Position numbers and translations under genes: made by a program
Notes under the pieces: model-generated
The model's input: the letters and a program-made list of their open reading frames with translations, nothing else
The model's database searches: none
Told to the model about the DNA's origin: nothing
In this document: positions 1 through 8,418 of the stretch, piece after piece
How the letters are laid out: the number at the start of each line of letters is the position of its first letter
Numbering within the stretch: the first letter of the stretch is position 1
NCBI GenBank assembly: GCA_044344255.1
Contig: JBIJDH010000011.1
Coordinates: 64,001-128,000 of the forward strand
Length of the DNA stretch: 64,000 bases
From: Myxococcota bacterium
GTDB taxonomy: Bacteria; Myxococcota_A; UBA796; UBA2385
Direction: 5' to 3'

Positions 1-215
1 ACCACGTTCGGGTGGTTCAGCCTCGCTTGCAGGCGCCCCTCGGCCAGCAGGCGCCCGCGCTGATCGTCCTTCGCACCCGCGTGCAGCACCTTGATCGCGT
101 GCCGGCTGCCGAGCTGCAGGTGGCGCGCGGCGTAGACCGTCGCGAAGCCGCCCCGCCCGAGGACGGTGTCCACGAGGTAACGACCGCCGAGGGTGGTGCC
201 GGGGAGGAGCTCCAT
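1..215 (-). CDS. Ser/Thr protein kinase (Hanks type), N-terminal part; runs off the window edge
   Basis: Manual translation from ATG at 215: MELLPGTTLGGRYLVDTVLGRGGFATVYAARHLQLGSRHAIKVL...EGRLQARLNHPNVV. It has the Gly-rich loop, the AIK lysine and HPN(V/I)V. Not in the ORF track. Confidence 0.9.
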   Translation of the reverse strand, partial: MELLPGTTLGGRYLVDTVLGRGGFATVYAARHLQLGSRHAIKVLHAGAKDDQRGRLLAEGRLQARLNHPNV

Positions 216-278
216 CGCGCCCCTCGTACCGCGGTCCGCCCTCGTCGGCAGCGCTCTGACCGCGCCCGTCGTCCGGAC

Positions 279-1607
279 CTACCGGCTCAGCGCTTCGAGG
301 GCGGCGGCCGGCTGGATGAGGCCGTGCCCGAAGGAGAGGTCGTCGCCTGCGTCGCCGAGGTCGATCGCGGTGGCGGCGAGCAGCACGAAGGCTTCGTCGG
401 CGTCGGCGCCGGCCGACATCAGCAGGGCTGCCGCCGCGGCCACGTGGGGGCTGGCCATCGAGGTGCCGTTCATCCGCTCGTAGTCGCCCGCCACGTTGAT
501 CTCCTGGAGGATGCCTTTCCCAGGGGCCGAGAAGGCGAGGCCCTCGCCGTGGTTCGAGAAGTCGGCCAGCGCGTTCTTCCCGTCGGTGGCCGCCACTGCC
601 ACCGCCCCCGAGCAGGCGGCCGGGTAGCCGATCTCGTCGGCGCCGTCATTCCCAGCCGAGATGGCCACGAAGACGCCCGCCTCCGCCGCGTCCTCCACCG
701 CGGCGCAGAGGGCGCGGAAGCCGAGGGTGGCCCTCCACGAGACGTTGGGCTGCAGGCCCGCGATCGCGCGGTTCATCCCGGCCGGCATGCCGAGGCTCAT
801 GTTGATGACGTCCGCGCCCTCGCTCACGGCGTAGTCGATGCCGGCGATGATGTCCGAGGTCCGCGCGCCCTCCGAGCCGTCGGCGAAGACCTTGACCGGC
901 AGGATGCTGGCGTCGGGAGCGAGGCCGATGACGCCGACGCCGTTGTTGGAGCGGGCCCCGATGGTGCCGGCCACGTGGGTGCCGTGCGACATCGCGCCGG
1001 AGGGGTCCTGATCGTCGTCGGCGATGTCCCAGCCGGGCAGCAGGTGGGTGAGGCCGTCCTCGCCGCCCGCGAAGACGCCGCTGTCGATCACCGCCACCAC
1101 CACGCCCTCGCCGGTGCTCCACTGCCAGGCCTGCTCGGCGGCCAGCACGTCCATGTTCCACTGCGAGCCGCGCAGCGTGTCGTCCGCCCGCACCGGCTCG
1201 GCGGGGGCCTCGGCGTCCCCCGTGGCCTCGAGCAGGAGGTCGGCCGCGACAAAGCCAAGCTCATCCGAGGCCGAGAGGGCCTCGATGGCCGCCTCGACCG
1301 AGAGGCCCGCCGGCACCGCGTAGACGCCCACCTCCCCCTGCCGCAGGCTGCGGATCCGGACAAAGTGGTCGCCCTCCCCAGACACCAAGACCGCGGGCAG
1401 CGCCGAGTCCCCGGCCCCCACCAGCACCCGGCCCGCGGCCGCCGGGAGGCCCAACACGGTCTCGACCCCTGTGGCCTCCACCGCCGCGGGGGAGCGCTCG
1501 GCGGCGCCCTCGGCGCCCGAGGGGCGGCAGCCCACCAACGAGCCCAGCAGGGCGAGGGCGCAGAGGGAGGAGGGGGCAACGGAGAGGGCGGTGCGGCAAC
1601 GGGACAT
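279..1607 (-). CDS. S8 (subtilisin-like) serine peptidase, probable lipoprotein
   Basis: Catalytic motifs VAVIDSG, HGTHVAG and GTSMASPHVA, plus oxyanion SAGN. Start moved to ATG 1607 (MSRCRTA...LVGC, lipobox-like), which lies downstream of the sigma54 promoter. Confidence 0.92.
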   Translation of the reverse strand: MSRCRTALSVAPSSLCALALLGSLVGCRPSGAEGAAERSPAAVEATGVETVLGLPAAAGRVLVGAGDSALPAVLVSGEGDHFVRIRSLRQGEVGVYAVPAGLSVEAAIEALSASDELGFVAADLLLEATGDAEAPAEPVRADDTLRGSQWNMDVLAAEQAWQWSTGEGVVVAVIDSGVFAGGEDGLTHLLPGWDIADDDQDPSGAMSHGTHVAGTIGARSNNGVGVIGLAPDASILPVKVFADGSEGARTSDIIAGIDYAVSEGADVINMSLGMPAGMNRAIAGLQPNVSWRATLGFRALCAAVEDAAEAGVFVAISAGNDGADEIGYPAACSGAVAVAATDGKNALADFSNHGEGLAFSAPGKGILQEINVAGDYERMNGTSMASPHVAAAAALLMSAGADADEAFVLLAATAIDLGDAGDDLSFGHGLIQPAAALEALSR

Positions 1608-1655
1608 GACAACCTCGCTTCGGGGCGACCCGGGGTGGGTCGTGCCAGGAGGTAT

Positions 1656-1671
1656 TGCAGGCCCCGTGCCA
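1656..1671 (-). promoter_or_regulatory. sigma54 (-24/-12) promoter for the S8 peptidase
   Basis: Minus strand TGGCACGGGGCCTGCA versus consensus TGGCACGRNNNTTGCW, with exact GG-N10-GC spacing, about 50 bp upstream of ATG 1607. Confidence 0.8.
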
Positions 1672-1743
1672 GGCCGGCCTGGAGCCGACATCCAGTCGGA
1701 ACCACCACTTTTGTTCGGTACCGTCCGCTGTGCCCGGCGAGCG

Positions 1744-1781
1744 CGTCTCCAAGAGACGAGGGCGTGCGTCTCCTGGAGACG
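1744..1781. promoter_or_regulatory. Twin palindromes CGTCTC-N3-GAGACG; candidate enhancer (UAS) for a sigma54 activator
   Basis: CGTCTCCAAGAGACG (1744-1758) and CGTCTCCTGGAGACG (1767-1781). Centres are 23 bp apart, about 70-110 bp upstream of the -24 element. Confidence 0.65.
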
Positions 1782-1796
1782 GACAAGCCCAGGCCC

Positions 1797-2096
1797 TCAG
1801 CCCCCGGACAGCGCCCCGACGACCATGACCGTCGCCCCCGGCGGCAGGGGGGCACGGAGGTCGTCCTGCCGCTCGTCTCCCACGAAGAGCAGCATGTGGC
1901 GCCGCAGGCGGTCCTGCTCGTCGATCACCCGGAAGCGGAGGCCGGGGAACTGGCGGTCGAGGTCGTCAAAGAGCGCGTCGAGGGTGGCCCCCGCGGCGCT
2001 CACCCGATCTCGCCCGTCCACGTAGCCGCGGAGCTGGCCCGGGATCAAGACGAGGTGACGCTGTAACGCTGACTCTTCAGCCAGCGCCTCAGCCAT
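1797..2096 (-). CDS. MoaD/ThiS-family ubiquitin-like (beta-grasp) protein
   Basis: 99 aa from ATG 2096: ...IPGQLRGYVDG...ATLDALFDDLDRQFPGLRFRVIDEQ...VMVVGALSGG-stop, with C-terminal Gly-Gly. The start overlaps the upstream gene's stop. Confidence 0.88.
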   Translation of the reverse strand: MAEALAEESALQRHLVLIPGQLRGYVDGRDRVSAAGATLDALFDDLDRQFPGLRFRVIDEQDRLRRHMLLFVGDERQDDLRAPLPPGATVMVVGALSGG

Positions 2097-3222
2097 CCGT
2101 AGACCCGCTGGTGAGCGCGTGGAGCTGCGGGAGGTGGCGGAAGAGGCAGGTGAAGCTCTCCCCCTCATCGGGCGAGGTCCACACCTCGCCGCTGGTGGTG
2201 CCGAAGTAGAGGCCGACCGGATCCTGGTCGTCGGCGCAGAGGCACTGGCGCTTGACCGTCCACCAGGCCTGGTCGGCGGGGAGCCCGCGGTCCTGGCGCT
2301 CCCAAGTGGCCCCGGCGTCCCGGCTGCGGAAGAGGGCGGGGCGACCGCCCGGCGGCGTCCGCGGCCAGCCGTTCTTCCCCTCCATCGGGAAGACCCAGGC
2401 GGTCTCGACGTCGCGCGGGTGCAACAACACCGGGAAGCCGATGTCGCCGACCTCCTTGGGCATGTTGTCCCCCACGCGGATCCAGCGGTTCGACGGGCGG
2501 TCGATCCGGTAGATCCCGCAGTGGTTCTGCTGCCAGAGCCGGTCGGGCCGGAGGGGGTGGAGGGCGACACAGTGAGGGTCGTGGCCGTACTCCCGCTCGC
2601 TGCCGTCCTCCATCGGCGGGTAGAAGTCCATGAAGACGCCGAGGTTCAAGGGCGACCAGCTCGCGCCCCGATCGGAAGACTCGAAGGTGCCGCCGCCCGA
2701 CATCGACACGTAGAGGTGCCGCGCGTCGCGCGGGTCCACCAGGATCGAGTGGAGCTTGCCGCCATCCGGGGTCTGGTCCTTGTCGCTCCCCACCCACAAG
2801 TGCTGCGCGGGGTGGTCGTTGAAGCCAGACACAGGCTCCCAGTTGACCCCACCGTCCTCGCTTCGGAACAGGGCCTGCGGCGAGGTGCCGGCGTACCAGA
2901 CGCCCGGCTCGCTGGCGTTCGACGGCGTGAGCCAGAAGACATGGTCCACCGCCCGCCCCCGCACGTCCCCCTTCGGGAAGCGGGGCGGCGAGGCGGCCTC
3001 CTTCCAGGTCTCGCCCCCGTCCTCGCTTCGAAAGACCGTCGGCCCGAGGTGCCACTGGCGGGACGCGGCGAGCAGCACGCCGCGGTCCCGCGGGTCCTGG
3101 ACGACATGATGGCACTGCTCCCCGAGGAAGAGCGGCGCTCGGAGCGACCAGCTCGAGCGGTCGGCGCTGCGGGACGCGATCCAGACACCCTTCCGGGTGG
3201 CGATGTAGAGCTGGGTCGGCAT
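2089..3222 (-). CDS. BNR/Asp-box repeat beta-propeller protein (sialidase/glycosyl-hydrolase-like fold), no signal peptide
   Basis: Repeated Asp-boxes: RSEDGGETW, RSEDGGVNW, SSDRGASW, RSRDAGATW, SPDEGESF. Confidence 0.88.
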   Translation of the reverse strand: MPTQLYIATRKGVWIASRSADRSSWSLRAPLFLGEQCHHVVQDPRDRGVLLAASRQWHLGPTVFRSEDGGETWKEAASPPRFPKGDVRGRAVDHVFWLTPSNASEPGVWYAGTSPQALFRSEDGGVNWEPVSGFNDHPAQHLWVGSDKDQTPDGGKLHSILVDPRDARHLYVSMSGGGTFESSDRGASWSPLNLGVFMDFYPPMEDGSEREYGHDPHCVALHPLRPDRLWQQNHCGIYRIDRPSNRWIRVGDNMPKEVGDIGFPVLLHPRDVETAWVFPMEGKNGWPRTPPGGRPALFRSRDAGATWERQDRGLPADQAWWTVKRQCLCADDQDPVGLYFGTTSGEVWTSPDEGESFTCLFRHLPQLHALTSGSTDG

Positions 3223-3245
3223 GATCACCTGCGGGATGACGGCGG

Positions 3246-3257
3246 TAGACGGGTCTA
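3246..3257. promoter_or_regulatory. Palindrome TAGAC-GG-GTCTA, possible operator upstream of the BNR/MoaD operon
   Basis: Perfect 5+5 inverted repeat about 25 bp upstream of ATG 3222, in an intergenic region. Confidence 0.35.
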
Positions 3258-3393
3258 TTTGGGTGGGACGAACGCGGATGAGGGTAGCACCGGCGGTCCA
3301 GCGGTCCCAGGCTCCCCGCCGCCGAATTGGCGATCCCGGCCCGCGCGGGCTCCCCGGCCATCGATGCGGGCCACACCCTCACCGGCGTCGGGA

Positions 3394-4545
3394 TCAGGCC
3401 AGCGCCGCCCGCGCCCGCGCCCGCACCGAGGGCCAGAGCCCCGGGTGGTCGGCGGCGGCCTGCAGCGCCCCGCGCGCCCGCTCATCGCCCTCCGCGAGGG
3501 CCACCCGCGCCGCGGTGACCTGCACCTCGGCGGTCTGGGGGGCGAGGCGGCGGGCGACCTCCAGCTCGGTCCGCGCCGCAGCCGGCCCCTCGGCGTCGAG
3601 CAACCAGGCCGCGAGCCGCTCATGGGGCAGCCAGTGCTTGGGGGCGGCGAGGGCGGCCGCGTTCCACATGGAACGGTCTCCCCGTCCGCGCAGCTCGGCG
3701 GCCACCGCGAGCAGGAGCGGGCCGCCCAGGGCGGCGAGCCGCTCCACCTCGGCGACCTCCCCCGCCTCGGCCCAGAGGCGCCCGAGCTCCACCGCCTGCC
3801 CCGGGCCCACCTCGGTCACCTGCTCCACGCGGCGGAGGAGGGCGGCCAGCGCGGGCCAGCGCCCCGCTGCGGCGTAGAGCTCCGCGCCCTCGAGGAGCAG
3901 CCGAGGGTCATTGAAGACGACGAAGCCGCGCCCCGCGGCCGCCTCCAGGCGCTCGATCCCCCGCTCCACGCTGCCCGCCATGCGGTCGCGCTGGGCCAGG
4001 GCCCGCCAGCTCCGGGGATCGAGGGGATCGGCCTCGATGGCCCGGATGAAGAGGTCTTCGGCCTCGCCGAGGCGGCCGGTGGCGAGCAGGGTCATGCCGA
4101 GGCCCTGCAGCGCCCCCGCGTGGGGCTCGGCGGCGGCCTCGGCCTCGGCCACCACGCCCCGCAACAGCGCCTCGGCCTCCACCACCCGCCGCTGGCGGAA
4201 GAGCAGGCGGGCCTGGAGCACCCGCATGTCTCGGTCTCCCGGGGCGCGGGTGAGGCGCTCCGTCGAGACCCGCTCCACCTCGGCGAGGGCGCCGAAGCCG
4301 AGCAGCGCCTCGCCCAGGGTGCGCGCGACGAGGCCGTGCAGCGCCGCCGGCAGGCCCTGGAGCCCATCGAGGAGCCGCAGCGCGCCCGCGTGATCGTCGG
4401 TCGCCGCCGCGATGACCGCGAGGCCGAGCTGACGGACGGGGCCCTCGGGCAGCTCCGCGACCCCGGCCGCCGTGGGGAGCCCGACCCGGGCCGCGGCCTC
4501 GAGGGCGCGCAGTCGATCGAGGTCGTCTACGAGGGGCTCAGACAC
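3394..4545 (-). CDS. Tetratricopeptide-repeat (TPR) protein
   Basis: Helical Ala/Leu-rich repeats such as ALQGLGMTLLATGRLGEAEDLFIRAIEADPLDPRSWRALA. GGAGGA SD before the GTG start. Confidence 0.8.
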   Translation of the reverse strand: MSEPLVDDLDRLRALEAAARVGLPTAAGVAELPEGPVRQLGLAVIAAATDDHAGALRLLDGLQGLPAALHGLVARTLGEALLGFGALAEVERVSTERLTRAPGDRDMRVLQARLLFRQRRVVEAEALLRGVVAEAEAAAEPHAGALQGLGMTLLATGRLGEAEDLFIRAIEADPLDPRSWRALAQRDRMAGSVERGIERLEAAAGRGFVVFNDPRLLLEGAELYAAAGRWPALAALLRRVEQVTEVGPGQAVELGRLWAEAGEVAEVERLAALGGPLLLAVAAELRGRGDRSMWNAAALAAPKHWLPHERLAAWLLDAEGPAAARTELEVARRLAPQTAEVQVTAARVALAEGDERARGALQAAADHPGLWPSVRARARAALA

Positions 4546-4569
4546 GGACGATCCTCCCGTCGGGGGCTG

Positions 4570-4623
4570 CCAGAGGTTGAAGACCTACCAGACGTTGAAG
4601 ACCTACCAGAGGTTGAAGACCTT
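4570..4623. repeat. 18-bp tandem repeat x3 spanning the stop codon of the 1243-aa gene
   Basis: CCAGAGGTTGAAGACCTA / CCAGACGTTGAAGACCTA / CCAGAGGTTGAAGACCTT. Confidence 0.95.
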
Positions 4624-7600
4624 ATCGCCGAAGAAGTCGGTGACGGTGGCGAGGCCGCCGCTGAAGCCGCCCTCGGCCTTCTTGGCCTCCATGTAGTCGT
4701 CGACCTGCTTGCGGAGCTGCTGGACGACGTCCCACATCCACGAGCCGGCGCCCGAGATCTTGTCGGAGAGGTAGGTCAGCCCGCGCATGCCGTAGACGCC
4801 GACGAGGCGCACGCCGTCCACCGCGTCGAGCTGGAGATCGGTGCTCACCCCGGCGCCGAGGCCGACGGTGCCCGAGAGCTCACCCGAGACGTTGATCTTG
4901 CCGCCCGACAGCCCGAAGCCGAAGGAGGCGTCGCCGCCGATGCCCGCCGAGCCGGTGACCCCCGCCCGCGCGTCGACGATCTTGCTTGCGCCCGAGCCGA
5001 TCACGGTCGAGGAGAACTTCGGCCAGAAGTCTTCGGGGAGCTTGTCGATGAGCCAGTCGTCCACCGAGCCCGGGATCGACTTGGCGAACTTGATGATGTC
5101 CTGGCTGTAGTCCGGGCGGCGCTTCCACTGCAGGGCCGCCCCGATCTCCACGCCGGCCTTGGCGCCCGCGAAGGCGTGCCCGCCGCCCTTCACCGTCGCG
5201 CCGAGCGTGTCTTTCCCCTTCGAGATGTCGAGGTCGATCTTGCCGTTCGCCTCGGCCAACACCGCCGCGCTCACGCCCGCAGACAAGTTGACGTTGAAGT
5301 CTTCACCGAACATCGACCAGCCGAAGACCGGCGCCTCGATCTTGGCGTTGCCCTCCACCAGCGAGACCTTGGCGCCCGCCGTGCCGCCGACCTTGATCTG
5401 GTCTTTGGTGATGAGCGCCTTGCCCTCAGCCTGGGCCTCGGCGTTGCCCACCTTGTAGCCAGCGCTCATCGTGGTCCCGGCCGCGGTCTTCTTCGCGATC
5501 TCCTGGCCGTAGAGGGTCGCGTTGGCCTTGGCGTTGGCGGTGGCCACGGTGTTGCCGTCGGCGTCCTTCTTCACCCCCGCGCCCACCGTGGTGCTCACCG
5601 CGTTCTTCGTCGTCGTGAGGGTGGTGTCCCCCTTCGTGCCAAGGGCCTCCACCTTCTTCTGGCCGAGGTGGTCCTTCGTCTGGGTGACGCCGAGCCCCGT
5701 CTTCTTGTCGTAGCCGGCGGTGGTGGCGCGGCTGTCGCTCGAGGTGGTGGTGACGTTGCCCGCCACGGTGGCGTCCACGTGCTCCACCTTGTGGGTGAGG
5801 CCCACGGTCGCGCCGGTGCCCTGGGCGTAGGCGCCGGTGCCCTTGGTGGAGCTGGAGTCGGTGAGGGTGCGCACCGAGCCGTCCCCACCGGTGGTGACCG
5901 CGGCGGTCTTGCTCTCCCGGCCGAGGCCGAGGCTGACGCTGCCCGAATTGGTGCCCACGCCGTCGGCGCCCTTGTTGTGGGCGCCCGAGAGGCTGAGATC
6001 GGCCCGGTCGGCCGTGGTCGCGGTGGTGACGGTGTCGCCCGTGGTGGTGACGGCCTCGGTGCTCCGCCCGCCGCCGAGGGTGAGCTTGCCGTCTGCGCCA
6101 CGACCTTCGGTGACGCTGCCCGAGCCCTTGAGGTCGAGGCCGCTCGTCGTCTTGTGGCGGGTGTCGCCGTCCGTCCAGACCGACTCGTTGGACAGGCCGC
6201 CGCCCACCTCAACCCCGCCCGTCCGGCGCAGCACACCGTCCGCGTCACGGGAGTAACCGCCCGTTACACTTCCATTTCCATTGATCGAGCTCTTGTTCGT
6301 GCGGCCGTCGACCACCTCGGTGCTGCTCCGGCTGCCCTCGAGCCCGTAGCGAGCCTTGAGCGCCTCCTGCCGCTGGTCGCCGTCAAGGGTCTGGCTGACC
6401 CCGAGGCCGACGGTCTGGCTGAGGGCGCTCTCGACGGAGCCCGTCTCGGTCTCCTCTCGACGGCTGTGGCCAAAACGAAGGTCAGCGTCGGCGCCGTTGG
6501 TCTGGACGAGCTTGCCGTCCCGACCGACCACGCTCGTCTTCAGGCCGAGGCCGCCCGTGACGCTCCGCTCGTCGTGCAGGCCTTCGCGGTCGGTGACCGT
6601 CGTCACCCCGTGCTTGACCCCGTAGCTGCCGTCTACCTGCCCCGAGAGGGCCCCATCGACCCCGCGCTCGAGCCGGCCCGAGAGGGCGCCCTTCCGTTGG
6701 TCTTCGGCGCGCTCCTTGCTGTCCGCCGAGAGCCTCCGCTCGGTGACGAGCCCGGCCTGGCTCTCGAGGCCGGCCGAGCCCCGGAGGACGGTGCCGGCGG
6801 CGCTGTTCTGGACCCCGCCCGACGCCTTGGCCGAGCTCGCGTCGGTCTCGGTGCGGGTGGAGCCGTCGGCCCCGGTCGAGCTCCGGCGGTGGCTGTCCGC
6901 GGCGCTGAGCTCAGCCGTCCCGGAGCGGATCCACTCCCCGCCCTCATAGGAGGCCCCTCCGCTCAGCTTGGCTGCCCCCTGGCGGGTGTCCTCGGCCGTG
7001 ACGCCGTCGATCACCGTGCGGGTGCTCTGCTCCCCGCCGACGCCGAAGCGCCCGCTCAGCGAGCCCGTCTTCTCGCCGCTCTGCTCCCCGCCGTGGGTGC
7101 GCGAGAGCGCCGCGTCGAGGCCGCCGTCGGTGTTCCAGCTCGTCTTCTGCGTGCCGCCCGTGATCTTGGCCAGCTCACTGTGGCGGCTGGATCCGTCGAG
7201 CGCGAGGCCGCCCGTGGCCAACAGGGCGCCGGAGGCGTCGCGGCTGAGCCCGCCGGTGAGCTCGCTGCCCAGCGCCAGATCGACGTCTCGGGTGACGCCG
7301 CCCTCCTCGGAGTGATCGCTGCGGGCGGTGGACAGGCCCACGCCGCCGTCCACGCCCCCGCTGAGCGTGCCATCCGCGCCGCGCACGATCGAGCTCGCGA
7401 CGCTGCCCTTGGCGCCGTGGGTCGTGCTGCGCTGGTGGCCTCCGCTCACGGTGTCGGTGGTCTGGCTCCAGTCCACCAGCCCGCCGAGGCTGCCCTTGCC
7501 GCTGCTCTGCCCCCCCTTCCGGAGGAAGTCGAGGTTGGCCGCGCCCTTGGTGAGGAGGCTCGTGTTTCGTTCACCGTCCTCGAGGGCCTCGGCGATCGAG

Positions 7601-8334
7601 CGGCTGCGCTCCCCGCTGAGGGCGCCCGAGAGCGAGCCGTTCGTCTGACCCTGGCTGGAGTCCAGGGCCCCCTTCAGCTTGCCCTCCCGGAGCGCCGTGT
7701 CTGTCGTGCTGCTGGTCTCCGTGTCCGTCTTCGTCGTCGTGGCGTCCTTGCCCGTCCAGAGGCCGTTGAGCCCCCAGGCGTTCTGTCCACCTGTACGATC
7801 AAAGCGACCATCCAGGCTGCCCGTCTGTAGGGCGCGGCGCTCCCGCTCCCCACCATCGGCCGTGACGCTCGACTCCGTGCGCTTCCCCGAGCTGCTGAGC
7901 GAGCCCACGAGGCCCGTCGTGAGACCGCCATCCGCCGCGGTGAGGGTGCCGCTGAGGCTGCCCTTTCGATCGCGCTGCTCGGTGAAGGTGCCCCCGTCGA
8001 TCGCGCCGGAGCGGCTGGCTGCCTCGGTCCCCTTGGCCTCCGCCTTCAGGCTGCCGCCCTTCGCCGCATCACCGCCCGCCTCGCCGCCCGTCCCGCCGCG
8101 GAGCAGGTCGAACAACAACCACGGCGAACGGAGCAGGTCTCCCCCCAGGTCGAAGTCGAACGCTCGCTTCTGGTCCCACGGCGCGAGGCCCTGCTCCGCC
8201 GCAAGCTTGGCGAGCCGCGCCTGATTTCCCCTCGCTTGACCTCCACCGCCGGCGAACGCGGCGGGCGCCTGATCGGGGCTCAGGAGCGCTTGTTCAGGAC
8301 GTCGCCGAGAGGAGGCAGCGGAATGGGCGGGCAA
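4603..8334 (-). CDS. Large Gly/Thr/Ser-rich, beta-hairpin-repeat hypothetical protein (possibly exported or effector-like)
   Basis: 1243-aa ORF with high-GC codon usage. Long array of alternating beta-strand-like segments, an Ala/Gly-rich C-terminal strand region (GGHAFAGAKAGVEIGAAL; AGVTGSAGIGGDASFGFGL), and an N-terminal GNQARL. Start uncertain. Confidence 0.8.
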   Translation of the reverse strand: MPAHSAASSRRRPEQALLSPDQAPAAFAGGGGQARGNQARLAKLAAEQGLAPWDQKRAFDFDLGGDLLRSPWLLFDLLRGGTGGEAGGDAAKGGSLKAEAKGTEAASRSGAIDGGTFTEQRDRKGSLSGTLTAADGGLTTGLVGSLSSSGKRTESSVTADGGERERRALQTGSLDGRFDRTGGQNAWGLNGLWTGKDATTTKTDTETSSTTDTALREGKLKGALDSSQGQTNGSLSGALSGERSRSIAEALEDGERNTSLLTKGAANLDFLRKGGQSSGKGSLGGLVDWSQTTDTVSGGHQRSTTHGAKGSVASSIVRGADGTLSGGVDGGVGLSTARSDHSEEGGVTRDVDLALGSELTGGLSRDASGALLATGGLALDGSSRHSELAKITGGTQKTSWNTDGGLDAALSRTHGGEQSGEKTGSLSGRFGVGGEQSTRTVIDGVTAEDTRQGAAKLSGGASYEGGEWIRSGTAELSAADSHRRSSTGADGSTRTETDASSAKASGGVQNSAAGTVLRGSAGLESQAGLVTERRLSADSKERAEDQRKGALSGRLERGVDGALSGQVDGSYGVKHGVTTVTDREGLHDERSVTGGLGLKTSVVGRDGKLVQTNGADADLRFGHSRREETETGSVESALSQTVGLGVSQTLDGDQRQEALKARYGLEGSRSSTEVVDGRTNKSSINGNGSVTGGYSRDADGVLRRTGGVEVGGGLSNESVWTDGDTRHKTTSGLDLKGSGSVTEGRGADGKLTLGGGRSTEAVTTTGDTVTTATTADRADLSLSGAHNKGADGVGTNSGSVSLGLGRESKTAAVTTGGDGSVRTLTDSSSTKGTGAYAQGTGATVGLTHKVEHVDATVAGNVTTTSSDSRATTAGYDKKTGLGVTQTKDHLGQKKVEALGTKGDTTLTTTKNAVSTTVGAGVKKDADGNTVATANAKANATLYGQEIAKKTAAGTTMSAGYKVGNAEAQAEGKALITKDQIKVGGTAGAKVSLVEGNAKIEAPVFGWSMFGEDFNVNLSAGVSAAVLAEANGKIDLDISKGKDTLGATVKGGGHAFAGAKAGVEIGAALQWKRRPDYSQDIIKFAKSIPGSVDDWLIDKLPEDFWPKFSSTVIGSGASKIVDARAGVTGSAGIGGDASFGFGLSGGKINVSGELSGTVGLGAGVSTDLQLDAVDGVRLVGVYGMRGLTYLSDKISGAGSWMWDVVQQLRKQVDDYMEAKKAEGGFSGGLATVTDFFGDKVFNLW

Positions 8335-8418
8335 GGGGCACCCCGGGTGCGATTTTGCCGGGCCATCATAGCACTGGCGAAGCGGAGCCGTCAGCGCCCA
8401 GGCGCGATCGAAGCCCCC

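Noticed and set aside
1744..1781. Four BsmBI/Esp3I sites (CGTCTC/GAGACG) as a synthetic cloning scar
   Set aside because: There is no vector or marker sequence. Position and spacing relative to a sigma54 promoter fit natural activator sites better.
4585..4605. Amber recoding (pyrrolysine or an alternative code) at the two in-frame TAGs
   Set aside because: TAG ends several ordinary genes here (e.g. S8 peptidase, ABC-F, DEAD helicase), and no pyl genes are present.
4570..4623. 18-bp repeats as a mini-CRISPR or an attachment site
   Set aside because: The repeats are contiguous with no spacers, and there are no cas or integrase genes in the window.
2119..7830. Very long ORFs such as 12-2066(+), 2119-7830(+), 9578-12280(-), 15451-18582(+), 24112-26709(+) and 55067-57193(-)
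   Set aside because: They are antisense shadows of genes with clear motifs. Stop-poor opposite frames are expected at this GC content, and the translations have no recognisable motifs.
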